From an uncultured Pseudomonadales bacterium (GTDB lineage Bacteria > Patescibacteriota > Microgenomatia > UBA1400 > PJMF01), in contig CAZKVV010000002.1 of NCBI GenBank assembly GCA_964556485.1, positions 10,291 through 74,290 of the forward strand: a stretch of DNA of 64,000 nucleotides, given 5' to 3'. Position 1 is the stretch's first letter. Every line of letters starts with the position of its first letter. The notes beneath the pieces were generated by a model. It did not search any database. It saw only the letters and a list, made by a program, of their open reading frames with translations, and was not told where the DNA came from. The position numbers were made by a program, and so were the translations under genes. Below, piece by piece: positions 6,118 to 16,391 of the stretch.

Positions 6118-9090
6118 ATGTCTGAGCAGTTGCTAAGCACAAATCAATCCGAGGGAGAGTTAGAGGAAAATCAAGAATCACCTCAGGAACTCTATGAACA
6201 AGGTAGATATGCTGATCTAGTGATGTTAATCCCAACTTTGCATTCTAGAGAAAAAATGGATGCGATATTGTTGCTATCACGTGAAAAAACCCTTCCAATT
6301 TTCCTTAAGCATTTTGACAATTTTGCAGTTAGTAAAGAGGAGTTGCATACTTTTTTTGTTGATTTAAGAAGTGCAATGGTAGTAGTACGTCGCTTTTTTT
6401 CGCAGTTTGAACAAGAAAGCTTTTCAGACGATGAGATAGTTTTGACGCTTGTGAATGTCTTTAGTCCAACTGATGCAGCTTTAGCTGCACACTATTATCC
6501 TGGTATTTCTGAGAATGTAGTTGACTACTGTATAGCAAAAAAAAGACATTTGTTTTTAGTCGAAATCGTCAAAATTCTTTCTCCAGCTTTACAACAAAAA
6601 ATAACACAGTTTTTCTTTGATACAAAAGATACAACCTATTTATTTGCTGCAATTTCAGAAATAAAAGGTGTGAGCGCAACAATTGCTACTTGGATAGAAG
6701 AAAAAGGATATTTTGATTTCTTAGCAAAAAATGTAGATAGGTTCGAGGAATTTGACACTTCTAATCTGTATGACTACCTTTATAAAACTAAAAATTATCA
6801 AGCAATTATCGATAAAAGTGAGTTTTTCCCCATGATGAGTCCATCACTTTTCCAAGAAATACTTGATACTCAACCATCTTTAAAACCACAATTAGCAGAA
6901 AAATTTTCGTCATTTAAACATGTGGATCAACTTAGAGAATTAGAATCGATTATTGGCTATCTCGATACGGGCAATAACTATTATAAAAAAGGGAAGCCTA
7001 CACACCTGATGTTGCCACATTTTGAAACCAGGGATGATCAATTGTCACTTGTTGAGTTATGCGTAAGCAATGACCTGATTGTGCCATTGTTGGCTGCTGC
7101 ATCAACTGGATATCTTGAGCAGATTCCAGCTCCAGAGCTTTTTAGTATTATTGCAGAATCAGCAAATGGTTATTCAAAGTTGGCTGATTGGATTTTAGAT
7201 TCTAGATATGAAGAATACTTCATACATATTCCTTCAGATATTTTTGAGAAGATACTGCTTGTAAAAATTGAGGACCTTGTTTCATTTTGGAATATATTTT
7301 TCAAAATACAGAATAAAAATGAGGAATCACTAGCTCGACTACTTTTACAGAATCATTGTTATGATTTCTTTTTTGGACATTTGTCATCATTTTCCACTAT
7401 TTCTCGCAACCTTATTTCTGAATACATAGCAGATGATCAAATATATCGCTACATTATCGATGATCCAAAAAAAGCGCTGACATTATTTTCCGCTCAAGAA
7501 GTAGTGGCTATGTTAGCAAAATCTAAACCAATCAAAGATCAACTGCTTTTTGGAGATTTAGAAACTCAAAGAGTCATTGCTCAGGCGCTGAATGTCGATG
7601 AGATGTTAGCACTTTTTGATGATGCAGAACACCCATTCATCGTCGCGGAGTTAGCGCTTAAATTGTATGGAGTACCACCTAAAAATAATGATCAAATTTT
7701 TAAGGTTTTGTTAAGTGCTTCAGAAAAAAAACACATTTCAAGTCTGCCTTTCAACCTGTTACTGGGTGTAACTTTTGATGATTTGAAGCAAGTGTATGAG
7801 AATGATCCGAGTCTTTTTGAGCTAGACGTTATTACTACTAATCTTCATGCGATTGCATGGAACACTTTTCCATCAAATTACTTTGTTGAACTTATTGAGA
7901 ATGGGTTAAAAAATGGTGAAAATGAAAAGCTGGTTAGTTTGTTCCCATGGCTAGTTGCAAATCTACCCAAAAGTACCTTTGCAGAAATTAAGGTTGAACT
8001 GGAGCAGGTTGCAAATTCTTTTTCAGTGGATGAAGCAAAAAAAATAGTGGATTATTTTTTCAGTATTGATAGGATGGATGGAATAGCTTTATTTCTCGGA
8101 TTGTTTACGGACTCGGCAAAGTCTACTGAGCTTAGTCATTGGCAAAGATCTACGGTCGGTACAAAAATAATTTTAGATACACTTGAGAGGCTCTATGCAG
8201 AGGGTAAATATAATCAAGTGCAGATATTGCAGAACATAAGTTCGCATTTCACACTCGATGGTTCCGCAGTGCACACCTTTTCAGCATTTCCTGATAAAAA
8301 AGTTGAAGCAAGTCTTTCACTCGAATTAAAAGATGTTCCTCAGACAGATTTAACGAGAGAATTAGGAATTTTTTATGCACACCAGCTTCTCAAACATGAA
8401 TGTGCTGTGTTAGAGCGTACTTTGAATGATTCTCAAGGTCGTGATGCTAATGACCTAGTAACTGAACCCAAGGAATATAGTAGAATTAGTGACCGAGCAA
8501 AATATGATCAAGCTATCTACAGACTTGAAAGTATTTCAAAAGATCATGAAAAAAAACTCATGCAACTGCTTGCTACACAGCTAACTCTTGCGGTTAATTA
8601 TCATAGATTTTCTCAATTTGCTTTTAATAATGAATTTCCCCCGATCAAACACCAACCAACTATTCCAAGAGCTACCTTTAGTCACTCAGAATTGAATATG
8701 ATTCTTCATGGATACTTAGAAATGTATAAAAGTGTTGGTCGTCTCGACTGGAGTGCTATAGCTGATGTTGCGTATCAAATGACATTGCTAAATTCAGAAA
8801 AGAAAGCTGCATTTCTCATTGATAGAGCAACAGATTTAGAACATAGCGGTGGGTTTATTTTTAACAGAGCAGATGAAGACAGAATGAATCTGAAGGGAAA
8901 GGCATATGATCAAGAGATGTATGCTGTATTTCTAGACAAGAAATCCGCTGTGCATAGCTTTAGTGAATGGTCAGCGTATCTGCGCAGCGAATCATATGTT
9001 GAGAATGATACTCTTCTAGAATTAGAAACTATTCATCAAACTATGCAATCACTTTTGGATGCACCAACAAAAAAAAGAGGTTATGATTAA
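6118..9090 (+). CDS. Large hypothetical protein (990 aa), cytoplasmic, acidic N-terminus
   Basis: Uninterrupted 2.97-kb ORF with no TM segments and no enzymatic motif I recognise. Its coding status is supported by length and by the codon-usage pattern matching its neighbours. Confidence 0.6.
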   Translation: MSEQLLSTNQSEGELEENQESPQELYEQGRYADLVMLIPTLHSREKMDAILLLSREKTLPIFLKHFDNFAVSKEELHTFFVDLRSAMVVVRRFFSQFEQESFSDDEIVLTLVNVFSPTDAALAAHYYPGISENVVDYCIAKKRHLFLVEIVKILSPALQQKITQFFFDTKDTTYLFAAISEIKGVSATIATWIEEKGYFDFLAKNVDRFEEFDTSNLYDYLYKTKNYQAIIDKSEFFPMMSPSLFQEILDTQPSLKPQLAEKFSSFKHVDQLRELESIIGYLDTGNNYYKKGKPTHLMLPHFETRDDQLSLVELCVSNDLIVPLLAAASTGYLEQIPAPELFSIIAESANGYSKLADWILDSRYEEYFIHIPSDIFEKILLVKIEDLVSFWNIFFKIQNKNEESLARLLLQNHCYDFFFGHLSSFSTISRNLISEYIADDQIYRYIIDDPKKALTLFSAQEVVAMLAKSKPIKDQLLFGDLETQRVIAQALNVDEMLALFDDAEHPFIVAELALKLYGVPPKNNDQIFKVLLSASEKKHISSLPFNLLLGVTFDDLKQVYENDPSLFELDVITTNLHAIAWNTFPSNYFVELIENGLKNGENEKLVSLFPWLVANLPKSTFAEIKVELEQVANSFSVDEAKKIVDYFFSIDRMDGIALFLGLFTDSAKSTELSHWQRSTVGTKIILDTLERLYAEGKYNQVQILQNISSHFTLDGSAVHTFSAFPDKKVEASLSLELKDVPQTDLTRELGIFYAHQLLKHECAVLERTLNDSQGRDANDLVTEPKEYSRISDRAKYDQAIYRLESISKDHEKKLMQLLATQLTLAVNYHRFSQFAFNNEFPPIKHQPTIPRATFSHSELNMILHGYLEMYKSVGRLDWSAIADVAYQMTLLNSEKKAAFLIDRATDLEHSGGFIFNRADEDRMNLKGKAYDQEMYAVFLDKKSAVHSFSEWSAYLRSESYVENDTLLELETIHQTMQSLLDAPTKKRGYD

Positions 9091-9131
9091 GCAGAAAACT
9101 ACTAATCTCTAGGTTAAAATCTCAACTCCAA

Positions 9132-9884
9132 TTGAAATTACATTTGTGTATCAGTATACTGCAATATATGGCAGAACCCGTCGTCTCCTCCCGAAAAGTT
9201 CGAAAAGAACGTCAAAAAACAGTCAAACAAACAGTTCTGCTGTTGCTGGCGGCCGTTATCATTTTGCTGACGTTTATTTTTGTGATAATTCCTGGATTCA
9301 TCACTGGTTTTAATGCTTTGTTAGATGACACCAATCCATTTGAAGATTCTGATACAATAGCACCTCAAGTTCCTATTCTGTCTGCACCAATCGAAGCAAC
9401 TTTTAGTGCTCAAATTGTGGCGACTGGCTTTGGAGAGCCCAAGAGTTCCATAATATTCGTACTCAATGGCCAAAAAGATGCTCAAATAACAGCAGATGAT
9501 GAAGGATATTTTGAGTTAAATCTAAAACTAGCTGATGGTGAAAATACTATTACTGCTTACTCTGTTGATGAAGCCGGTAATGAATCTGAAGTTACCAAAT
9601 TGTTTACCACAATCTATGATGCTACTCCTCCACAGCTAGAACTCTCTAATTTTGAGGATGGCCAAACAATTGAAACAAGAAAAAACCAAGATTACGTTAT
9701 TGAAGGTAAAACTGATACAGACGCCAAAGTCTACGTAAACGGGAGACTAACCTTGCCAGCTGCAGATGGTAGCTTTAAACACACACTCTTTCTTAAAGAA
9801 GGTGAAAACAAAGTGACTTTTGCTGCAGAAGATAAAGCAGGCAATAAAACCCAAGTTGAAAAGACCGTTACTTTTTCACTCTAG
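9132..9884 (+). CDS. Membrane-anchored protein with Ig-like (Big-type) extracellular repeats
   Basis: N-terminal TM LLLLAAVIILLTFIFVIIPGF followed by beta-rich T/E/D-rich repeats (ITADDEGYFELNLKLADGENTITAYSVDEAGNESEV; YDATPP; TFAAEDKAGNKTQ) typical of bacterial Ig-like domains. Confidence 0.5.
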   Translation: MKLHLCISILQYMAEPVVSSRKVRKERQKTVKQTVLLLLAAVIILLTFIFVIIPGFITGFNALLDDTNPFEDSDTIAPQVPILSAPIEATFSAQIVATGFGEPKSSIIFVLNGQKDAQITADDEGYFELNLKLADGENTITAYSVDEAGNESEVTKLFTTIYDATPPQLELSNFEDGQTIETRKNQDYVIEGKTDTDAKVYVNGRLTLPAADGSFKHTLFLKEGENKVTFAAEDKAGNKTQVEKTVTFSL

Positions 9885-11049
9885 ATTCGTTTTGTAACAC
9901 CAAACAGACCCAAAGGACAACAAACGGTTGTAATGCAATTGCATTGAATTGTGAAAGTAGTATCACAGTTAGCAGAATTGTTGCAGAAAATGGATGCTTT
10001 TTCAGGTTTAACAGAATCAGTTGCATCCACCCCAAAATAAGCAGCAATCCAACAGGTAGCCCAAAACTAGACAGTAAAAATACAAAAAAATTGTCAGCAA
10101 CTCGAGCATTGTTGGGAGTAGTGAACAGATCATGTTGCGTGGTAACTGGTGCACTTTGAAAAAAAAGCCCTGAGCCAATAGCAGCAGTCTGCAGCGATTT
10201 TGGCAGTGCGTCTTCTACAGTTTCAATTCTTGCAGAAATACTTGCAGTTCTAGCCAGGTTCACCCCTTCTCCGCTTCCCTTGCCAATTGAAACAAACACC
10301 AAGACACAACAAAAAAGCAGGATGCTTAGGAGTGTTTCACCAAGTTTTAGTTTTTTTTGTAGCAGTAAAGCCAGTAATACAAATCCAAGACCTAAGTAGC
10401 TTGCCCTCGACATAGTAAGTGTAATCGATGCAACAAATAGCATCAAATGTGGAACTCTAGTTTTACTGTTTGCGATGAGTGGGGTGTAAGCAGTAGTGAT
10501 GATGCCAATCAAAAGCACTGCCCCAATAATTGCAGGGTCTAGATAGGTTCCAATTAATCTGAAGAAGTGGTCGTCATAGCCCAAAACATATAAGAATCGC
10601 GTGTCTGGTAGTAAAAAGTATTGTAAGAGTCCATGGAATGCGGCAATCGCAATTGCGAGAACACTAGCACTTTTCCAAGGAAGTTGTAGTTTGCTGTTCC
10701 AAATGGAAAAACCAAAAAAAATATAGAGCGCGAGTCGAAGTACATACAATAGTGCAAACAATTGAAATGACAGTAGAAAATGAACAAAAGTTAGTACAAG
10801 CGCTAGAATCAATCCTGTTTGAAAGAGTTTAGACGTTGAAATACTTTTTTGCAGTGATAAAAATACAGCAGATATCGTTGTTTTTTTCTCGATAAAATGT
10901 GCCAGTATCCACAACAAGATAATCACATCGTGCGCATACAGCTGCGCACCATCAAAAACAGAAAATCTACTGAGGTTTCCCAGAATTAAACTACCTAAAA
11001 GTAAGAAAAAGAAGTAGTTATGGAGCTTAGTTTGTAGTAGATTTTTCAT
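9868..11049 (-). CDS. O-antigen ligase / Wzy-like polytopic membrane protein
   Basis: 393 aa with more than 10 TM helices and a large periplasmic loop; sits next to GT2 and a Wzx flippase. Confidence 0.45.
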   Translation of the reverse strand: MKNLLQTKLHNYFFFLLLGSLILGNLSRFSVFDGAQLYAHDVIILLWILAHFIEKKTTISAVFLSLQKSISTSKLFQTGLILALVLTFVHFLLSFQLFALLYVLRLALYIFFGFSIWNSKLQLPWKSASVLAIAIAAFHGLLQYFLLPDTRFLYVLGYDDHFFRLIGTYLDPAIIGAVLLIGIITTAYTPLIANSKTRVPHLMLFVASITLTMSRASYLGLGFVLLALLLQKKLKLGETLLSILLFCCVLVFVSIGKGSGEGVNLARTASISARIETVEDALPKSLQTAAIGSGLFFQSAPVTTQHDLFTTPNNARVADNFFVFLLSSFGLPVGLLLILGWMQLILLNLKKHPFSATILLTVILLSQFNAIALQPFVVLWVCLVLQNESRVKK

Positions 11050-11794
11050 ACGTGTGCACGCGAACCCAAAAAGAATGCATACTCATAAGTAGTGCATATA
11101 CTAAGCCTGGGTATCCATCAAGAAATCCAAGTTTAAGCAGGTAGTTATAGATAAATTTAAGTGGCGGATAACAGACCATCTGCAGTAATTTTTGGTTGTT
11201 CCACTTGGGCTTTCTATTGGTAAGTGTATCGGTATAGGTGGTAATATCCACAATAAATGCAGCGATAGACTGATGAGAATCATGTGAGAGTACTATCTGA
11301 CTTTTTTGAACAACCCCATCAATTTTCGCAACTTCATGCACTGCTCCAACAAATGTTGTGTTAGATTTTTTGCATATTCTAGTAATGTGTTGTTTTCCCG
11401 CTTCACCATGTTTGAGTTTTGTACCCAAAAAAGCATCTTGGCGAGTGACTGTGAATCCAGATGTAGTTGTGTCTATGTTTGAGAGCAATTCTCGAAGATT
11501 TTGTGGGTTTTCTAATACTTCATCACTATCTAAAAACAGCACCCACTCTTGGTTTGCGAACTGCAGAGTGTCATTTCTGGCGGCAGCAAAATCGGTAATG
11601 GGATGAGGTGCTGTTGCAATTTTGGTAAAGTGAAACTGTTGATGCAGTTTTTCCCAGTCATTCTGGCTATTATTATCAATAACAAGAATTTCTTGGCAGG
11701 ACTGTACTGAAGCAAGTGCAGCGTGAAAACGAGAGTCATTTCGATTAGTTAAAATGATTGCTGTAATAGGAATCGATTTATTTTGCAAGTTCAT
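11027..11794 (-). CDS. Glycosyltransferase family 2
   Basis: N-terminal ITAIILTNRNDSRFHAALASV and LFLDSDEVL (DXD) motifs of GT-A/GT2 enzymes. Confidence 0.7.
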   Translation of the reverse strand: MNLQNKSIPITAIILTNRNDSRFHAALASVQSCQEILVIDNNSQNDWEKLHQQFHFTKIATAPHPITDFAAARNDTLQFANQEWVLFLDSDEVLENPQNLRELLSNIDTTTSGFTVTRQDAFLGTKLKHGEAGKQHITRICKKSNTTFVGAVHEVAKIDGVVQKSQIVLSHDSHQSIAAFIVDITTYTDTLTNRKPKWNNQKLLQMVCYPPLKFIYNYLLKLGFLDGYPGLVYALLMSMHSFWVRVHTYEKSTTN

Positions 11795-12998
11795 GTCGAA
11801 CTCCCAACATTAGTAGTGGTAGTGAGATGGTTCTTGCAACCGCAATGGCAACACATGCGCCAAGAACACCATACTGTTGGCTACCAAAAATAAGGAGTGG
11901 CACCATAATAATGAGTGTCGCCAGCAGGTGAATATTGATACTGGAATAGTTTTTTGTAGCCAACAACAAAGGATATGAACTAGTGGAAATAGCATGGATA
12001 AATCCAGCAAAAGTAATAATTCCTAAGTACTGAGTGATTGGTAACCATTGTTGTCCAAGCAGTAAGGTAACAAAAAACTCTGGAAAAAAGATCAAGGGCA
12101 GTGATAACACTGCTGAAATGACAGTACTAATTCCCACTGACTTATAGAACGCATTTTTAAGTCGTTGCTTATCACTCACAATTTTGGCAAAAATAGGTAG
12201 CGTCCCATGATTGGCAGAGCGCGTAATATCATAGTTGGGTTTATGACCGAGGGCATATCCATTGTGGTACAAACCAAGATTGTAGGTGCCAACTGTTTTT
12301 CCAAGAATAAAATCATCAATATTATCATTTGCATACGAAAGCAGTGACGAAATACTTAACCATTTAGCATTACTTAGGATAGTTTTGGCTCTACTTGGTA
12401 TATAAGCAAAGGTGGGTTTTTGTGAAAAGAACAGGAATGAAATGGCCACTTCAAAAATGGCGGCACCGATCATTGCATAAATAAGTGCAAAAACTGAATC
12501 TAACCAAAATGCGAGGATAATAGCTAAAATACCATCAACAATGGTTAAGGTTAGTCTGTAGAAGCTGTCTTTGAAAAACTCTAAGTTTTTGTGCAGCATT
12601 ATGATGCTTGGATTTATGAAGCCTTTTATAATTGGTACCAAGGACGCCAAGGCAATAAAGAGTGGGAGTTGTGGCTCAGTGTAGAACTGACCCATGACTA
12701 CCCCAAGGATGAGCATGACAATACCTATCAATACGCCTCTGAGAATTGACAACACCCAAGCGGTATTTAAAAAGTAGCCGATACTTTGTTTTGATTGAAT
12801 GATGGTGATGTTGATGCCTGTTTGCGTGGTAGCTTCAGCAATACCGAGGGCAATAGCAATGAGTGAGAAAAGTCCAAAATCTGTTGGAGAAAGCAATCGA
12901 GCTAACACAAAAATTTTTGCTAAGGTAATCAAGTTTTGCAGTATTTTGAGTACTGTTTGCCAACTAAAACCAGAAATTGCACTCTTTGTGTAACCCAT
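11778..12998 (-). CDS. wzx: Wzx-type oligosaccharide flippase (polysaccharide biosynthesis protein, MOP superfamily)
   Basis: 406 aa, about 12 TM helices; N-terminus KILQNLITLAKIFVLARLLSPTDFGLFSL is typical of PST-family flippases. Confidence 0.65.
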   Translation of the reverse strand: MGYTKSAISGFSWQTVLKILQNLITLAKIFVLARLLSPTDFGLFSLIAIALGIAEATTQTGINITIIQSKQSIGYFLNTAWVLSILRGVLIGIVMLILGVVMGQFYTEPQLPLFIALASLVPIIKGFINPSIIMLHKNLEFFKDSFYRLTLTIVDGILAIILAFWLDSVFALIYAMIGAAIFEVAISFLFFSQKPTFAYIPSRAKTILSNAKWLSISSLLSYANDNIDDFILGKTVGTYNLGLYHNGYALGHKPNYDITRSANHGTLPIFAKIVSDKQRLKNAFYKSVGISTVISAVLSLPLIFFPEFFVTLLLGQQWLPITQYLGIITFAGFIHAISTSSYPLLLATKNYSSINIHLLATLIIMVPLLIFGSQQYGVLGACVAIAVARTISLPLLMLGVRHELAK

Positions 12999-13059
12999 AG
13001 AGACATTATAGACTGTTTCTGTCTTGTAAAGTTACTAGTTTCTACTCATAATCGCATGT

Positions 13060-13641
13060 ATGAAGAATCCACTTACATCAATTTCAGGTCTGTTTTTAGA
13101 TATAGTGGAAACTGTTGTCATAGGACTATCTATTTTCCTAGTCATCTATCTCTTTTTTATGCAACCACACCAAGTTAATGGTCAATCAATGGTGCCGACA
13201 TTCTTGAGCGGTGAGTATGTTTTAACTGACAAAGTAAGTTATCGCTTTGGTGAACCTACCGCCGGAGATGTGATTGTTTTCCATGCTCCGGAATCAGCAA
13301 ACTGTCCTGCAGGTACGGGTTGTGATTTTATTAAGCGAATTTTAGCCGTACCTGGTGATACACTTGAAGTACGTGATGACTCAATAATTGTGAATGGGGT
13401 TGCTCGAAAAGAACCATACATTCCTGAAGAGTTTGAAACATTACCTGGAAAATTCTCTAAAGACAGAGTTATTACCCTATCTGCTGATGAATACTTTGCA
13501 GTTGGTGATAATCGACCTTATTCATCCGATTCAAGGGCATGGGGACCAATCTCCAAGAGTGACATCGTTGGAAAAGCATTTTTTAGATACTGGCCAGCAA
13601 ATAAAATCGGTTTGTTGAAACCTGTTCGTTACGAAAACTAA
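13060..13641 (+). CDS. lepB: Signal peptidase I
   Basis: S26 motifs: GQSMVPTF (catalytic Ser), KRILAVPGD (catalytic Lys) and GDNRPYSSDSRAWG box. Confidence 0.9.
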   Translation: MKNPLTSISGLFLDIVETVVIGLSIFLVIYLFFMQPHQVNGQSMVPTFLSGEYVLTDKVSYRFGEPTAGDVIVFHAPESANCPAGTGCDFIKRILAVPGDTLEVRDDSIIVNGVARKEPYIPEEFETLPGKFSKDRVITLSADEYFAVGDNRPYSSDSRAWGPISKSDIVGKAFFRYWPANKIGLLKPVRYEN

Positions 13642-13648
13642 GTGAGCG

Positions 13649-14503
13649 TTACTTCTCCTTTACCGTAATCGCCATAATTTTTTCTAAGTCTCTTTGTGTT
13701 TTGTCTGGTGAGCCTTTGAGGGTAATGGTAATTTTTGTCTGAGAACGACTGCGTTGTAACTTTACCATCGATTTTGATGCCAATAGTCGCTTGAGTTGAG
13801 CTTCCCAAACCACCACTTCATCAATAACTTCTTGTGATGGCTTTTCAACTTTCTTGGTGTATTGCTCTTGGCCAAGTTTTTCTTTGGCAATGCGAGCAAG
13901 TTGTTCCGCCTGACGCACTGACGCGTTGGTTTTGAGGATTTTTTTATAGACCTCAATCATTGTGTGTGGGTCGTCAATGCCACCAATTGCTCGGGCATGA
14001 CCTTCGTTAATTAATCCACCAAGCAGACCATCTTTAACGGCATCTGGCAGCTTGAGGAGTCTGAGCGAGTTACTAATATAAGGTTGGGACTTGCCAACTC
14101 GTTTTGAGACTTCGTTGACAGTATAGTTGAACGTGCGAATGAGCTGGCTGAATGCCTGAGCTCTTTCGAGAGCACCAAGGTCTACTCTTTGGATATTTTC
14201 AATAATTGCCATTTCGAGCATCTCTTTTGGAGTGGTTTTTTTGACAACGACGGGAACTTCGGTAAGTCCTGCTTGTTGAGCTGCACGCCAGCGACGTTCA
14301 CCTGCAATAATCTGATAACCAGCAGGGGTTTGCGCGATTAAAAGAGGTTCGAGAACACCAAACTGTTTAATAGAATCGATAAGTTCCGCGAGATCTTCGG
14401 ACTTGATAAGTTCACGAGGTTGAAACGGATTAGGTTGGAGTAAGGTAATATCTAGAGTGTGAATTGAAGTATCTTGCATCGACTCGCAGTATACCAGTGC
14501 CAC
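13649..14503 (-). CDS. parB: ParB/Spo0J chromosome partitioning protein
   Basis: ParB box LEPLLIAQTPAGYQIIAGERRWRAAQQAGLTEVPVVV plus HTH region. No adjacent parA. Confidence 0.85.
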   Translation of the reverse strand: MALVYCESMQDTSIHTLDITLLQPNPFQPRELIKSEDLAELIDSIKQFGVLEPLLIAQTPAGYQIIAGERRWRAAQQAGLTEVPVVVKKTTPKEMLEMAIIENIQRVDLGALERAQAFSQLIRTFNYTVNEVSKRVGKSQPYISNSLRLLKLPDAVKDGLLGGLINEGHARAIGGIDDPHTMIEVYKKILKTNASVRQAEQLARIAKEKLGQEQYTKKVEKPSQEVIDEVVVWEAQLKRLLASKSMVKLQRSRSQTKITITLKGSPDKTQRDLEKIMAITVKEK

Positions 14504-14521
14504 TTAGATTTTACTAGCAAT

Positions 14522-14779
14522 TTATTTAGAAATGACGTTGACGACGGTTTTGCCCCAGCGCTTGCCGAAACTGACAATGCCTTCCATCATGGCAAAAATG
14601 GTGTGATCGTTGCCCATACCAACGCCTTTACCGGCTTTGTATTTGGCTCCACGTTGTCTGAGGATGATATTTCCAGTTATAACAACTTCACCACCATACT
14701 TTTTAACACCAAGTCTTTTGCCGTGGCGTTTACCTTGTTTATGTTGTGCAACTTTACCTGATGCTTTAACTTTTGACAT
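14522..14779 (-). CDS. rpmA: 50S ribosomal protein L27
   Basis: 85 aa: [33 protein letters not shown]... Confidence 0.95.
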   Translation of the reverse strand: MSKVKASGKVAQHKQGKRHGKRLGVKKYGGEVVITGNIILRQRGAKYKAGKGVGMGNDHTIFAMMEGIVSFGKRWGKTVVNVISK

Positions 14780-14787
14780 GTGTGTCC

Positions 14788-15969
14788 TTAGTTTTCTTTT
14801 GTTTGAGTACTATATCTTAAAACAAAAATCTCACGTTGCACAACTGCTAGTGGACGGCTGTACACGAGAGGTTTAGAGATGGTAGTGTACCCCATCTCGG
14901 CTAGACTGTCAACAAAACTATGCATATCATAGCTGACAATTTTGCCTGATTCTAGGGTAATTTCTATTCTTGGAAACACCATCACGACTACGCCATTTTC
15001 TGTAAGCAGGTGTTTCCAGTTCTTGAAACTACCTTTGTAGAGTTTTTCGAGGCCTCGTAATACATTTGGAACATGAGCCGCATTTGGTTTTGGTTTACCC
15101 AAAAATGGTTCGGTTACTATCAAGTCGACTGGTGTATCTACCTGCACTTTGGTGGAATCAGCAAGACTAATATCACTGGTATTTTCAAGTTCGTAGTCTT
15201 CGCAGAACCATTCGAGATTTTCTCTAGTACCTTTGACAGAGTCTAGATCGAGATCAGAACCATAGACTTTGGAACATGATGCTAGTGCTTCAATAAGAAC
15301 TGTTCCCGAACCACAGAATGGATCAAGAAGTATTGGTTTTTCTTTAGAAACTGCTCCAAGACCAATGTTAACCATCATTCTAGCTAATTTTGGAGGCAAC
15401 ATACCTTTTTTTGCGTCTGCATAAGGTTTGTTACGATCTCTGTTGGTCCAGTCATCAATATTTTGCACGCTAATGGTCACGCCTACAGAGGTTGATTCAC
15501 CGTTAGAAATAACATATATCTCGAGGAGTTTTGCTTTATGAAGTAACACAGCAGCAGATAATCCATGACGTGAGCCATCTTTATATTGTGCTGAGCGACC
15601 AAGATTAGCTAATCGCTCTTTAACAGCAACAGCATTAATTTGTGGTAAATGATCTCTACCAAGTTCGGAAACGGCATATACAATTTTGCCATCAGCCTGC
15701 TCTGCTAGGAGTGTGTGGGTTACGATTTCGAGTAAACTTTCTGGATTTGGTTGCTCTATATAAGAACAGTGTCGAATAACCTTAATGGTACCACCAAGTC
15801 TGTCTTGTAAATCGCGTGCTGTGACGTCATTTTCGAGATCCACAGAGAAAATGGTAGGTAATACTTGCGTAATACGAGCATTTTTTGTGAGTGCTTGAAG
15901 TTCTGCCAAAGAGATGTCTGGTTTAATACCAAACTGAAATAAATATGTGTTCATAGTGTTTGATGACAA
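14788..15969 (-). CDS. THUMP-family RNA methyltransferase (COG0116 / UPF0020; RlmL/Trm14-like)
   Basis: SAM motif [16 protein letters not shown] and motif IV TEPFLG; N-terminal about 150 aa consistent with a THUMP-like RNA-binding module. Confidence 0.6.
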   Translation of the reverse strand: MSSNTMNTYLFQFGIKPDISLAELQALTKNARITQVLPTIFSVDLENDVTARDLQDRLGGTIKVIRHCSYIEQPNPESLLEIVTHTLLAEQADGKIVYAVSELGRDHLPQINAVAVKERLANLGRSAQYKDGSRHGLSAAVLLHKAKLLEIYVISNGESTSVGVTISVQNIDDWTNRDRNKPYADAKKGMLPPKLARMMVNIGLGAVSKEKPILLDPFCGSGTVLIEALASCSKVYGSDLDLDSVKGTRENLEWFCEDYELENTSDISLADSTKVQVDTPVDLIVTEPFLGKPKPNAAHVPNVLRGLEKLYKGSFKNWKHLLTENGVVVMVFPRIEITLESGKIVSYDMHSFVDSLAEMGYTTISKPLVYSRPLAVVQREIFVLRYSTQTKEN

Positions 15970-16015
15970 CCGGTTAAGGAATTACCCTTTAAAAAACGTC
16001 GTCAAACCTCAATTA

Positions 16016-16330
16016 TTATTTTTTAATAGAAACAACTTCTACTTGAGTCTGTAATTGTTTGTGACCTTGTACTTTTCTATAACGTGATTTTGCTTTAAAT
16101 TTTGCAACTCTGATTTTTGCAGCTCTGTCGTGGATGAGAACTTTAAGAGTTACAGATGCACCAGCTACTAGAGGAGTGCCAACGATTGTGTCATCACCTG
16201 TAGTAGTAAGAAGCACGTCGGTAACAGTAATTGTTTCACCTTCTTTTGCTTCAAGACGACCTACAGTGAGTTTTTCTCCTTCACTGACTTTATATTGTTT
16301 GCCGGTAAGCTGAATGACTGCGTATGACAT
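16016..16330 (-). CDS. rplU: 50S ribosomal protein L21
   Basis: MSYAVIQLTGKQYKVSEGEKL... The track ORF (to 16378) includes a 16-aa spurious extension; the start is set at the ATG at 16328-16330. Confidence 0.9.
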   Translation of the reverse strand: MSYAVIQLTGKQYKVSEGEKLTVGRLEAKEGETITVTDVLLTTTGDDTIVGTPLVAGASVTLKVLIHDRAAKIRVAKFKAKSRYRKVQGHKQLQTQVEVVSIKK

Positions 16331-16391
16331 ACGTATGTACCTTAATCTTTTGTTGTTGCTATGTCTTAGAACACACAATTATACCACAGTA

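Noticed and set aside
16331-16378. 16-codon N-terminal extension of rplU in the ORF track
   Set aside because: L21 homologs start at MSYAVIQ; the extension (MCVLRHSNNKRLRYIR) has no support and no RBS.
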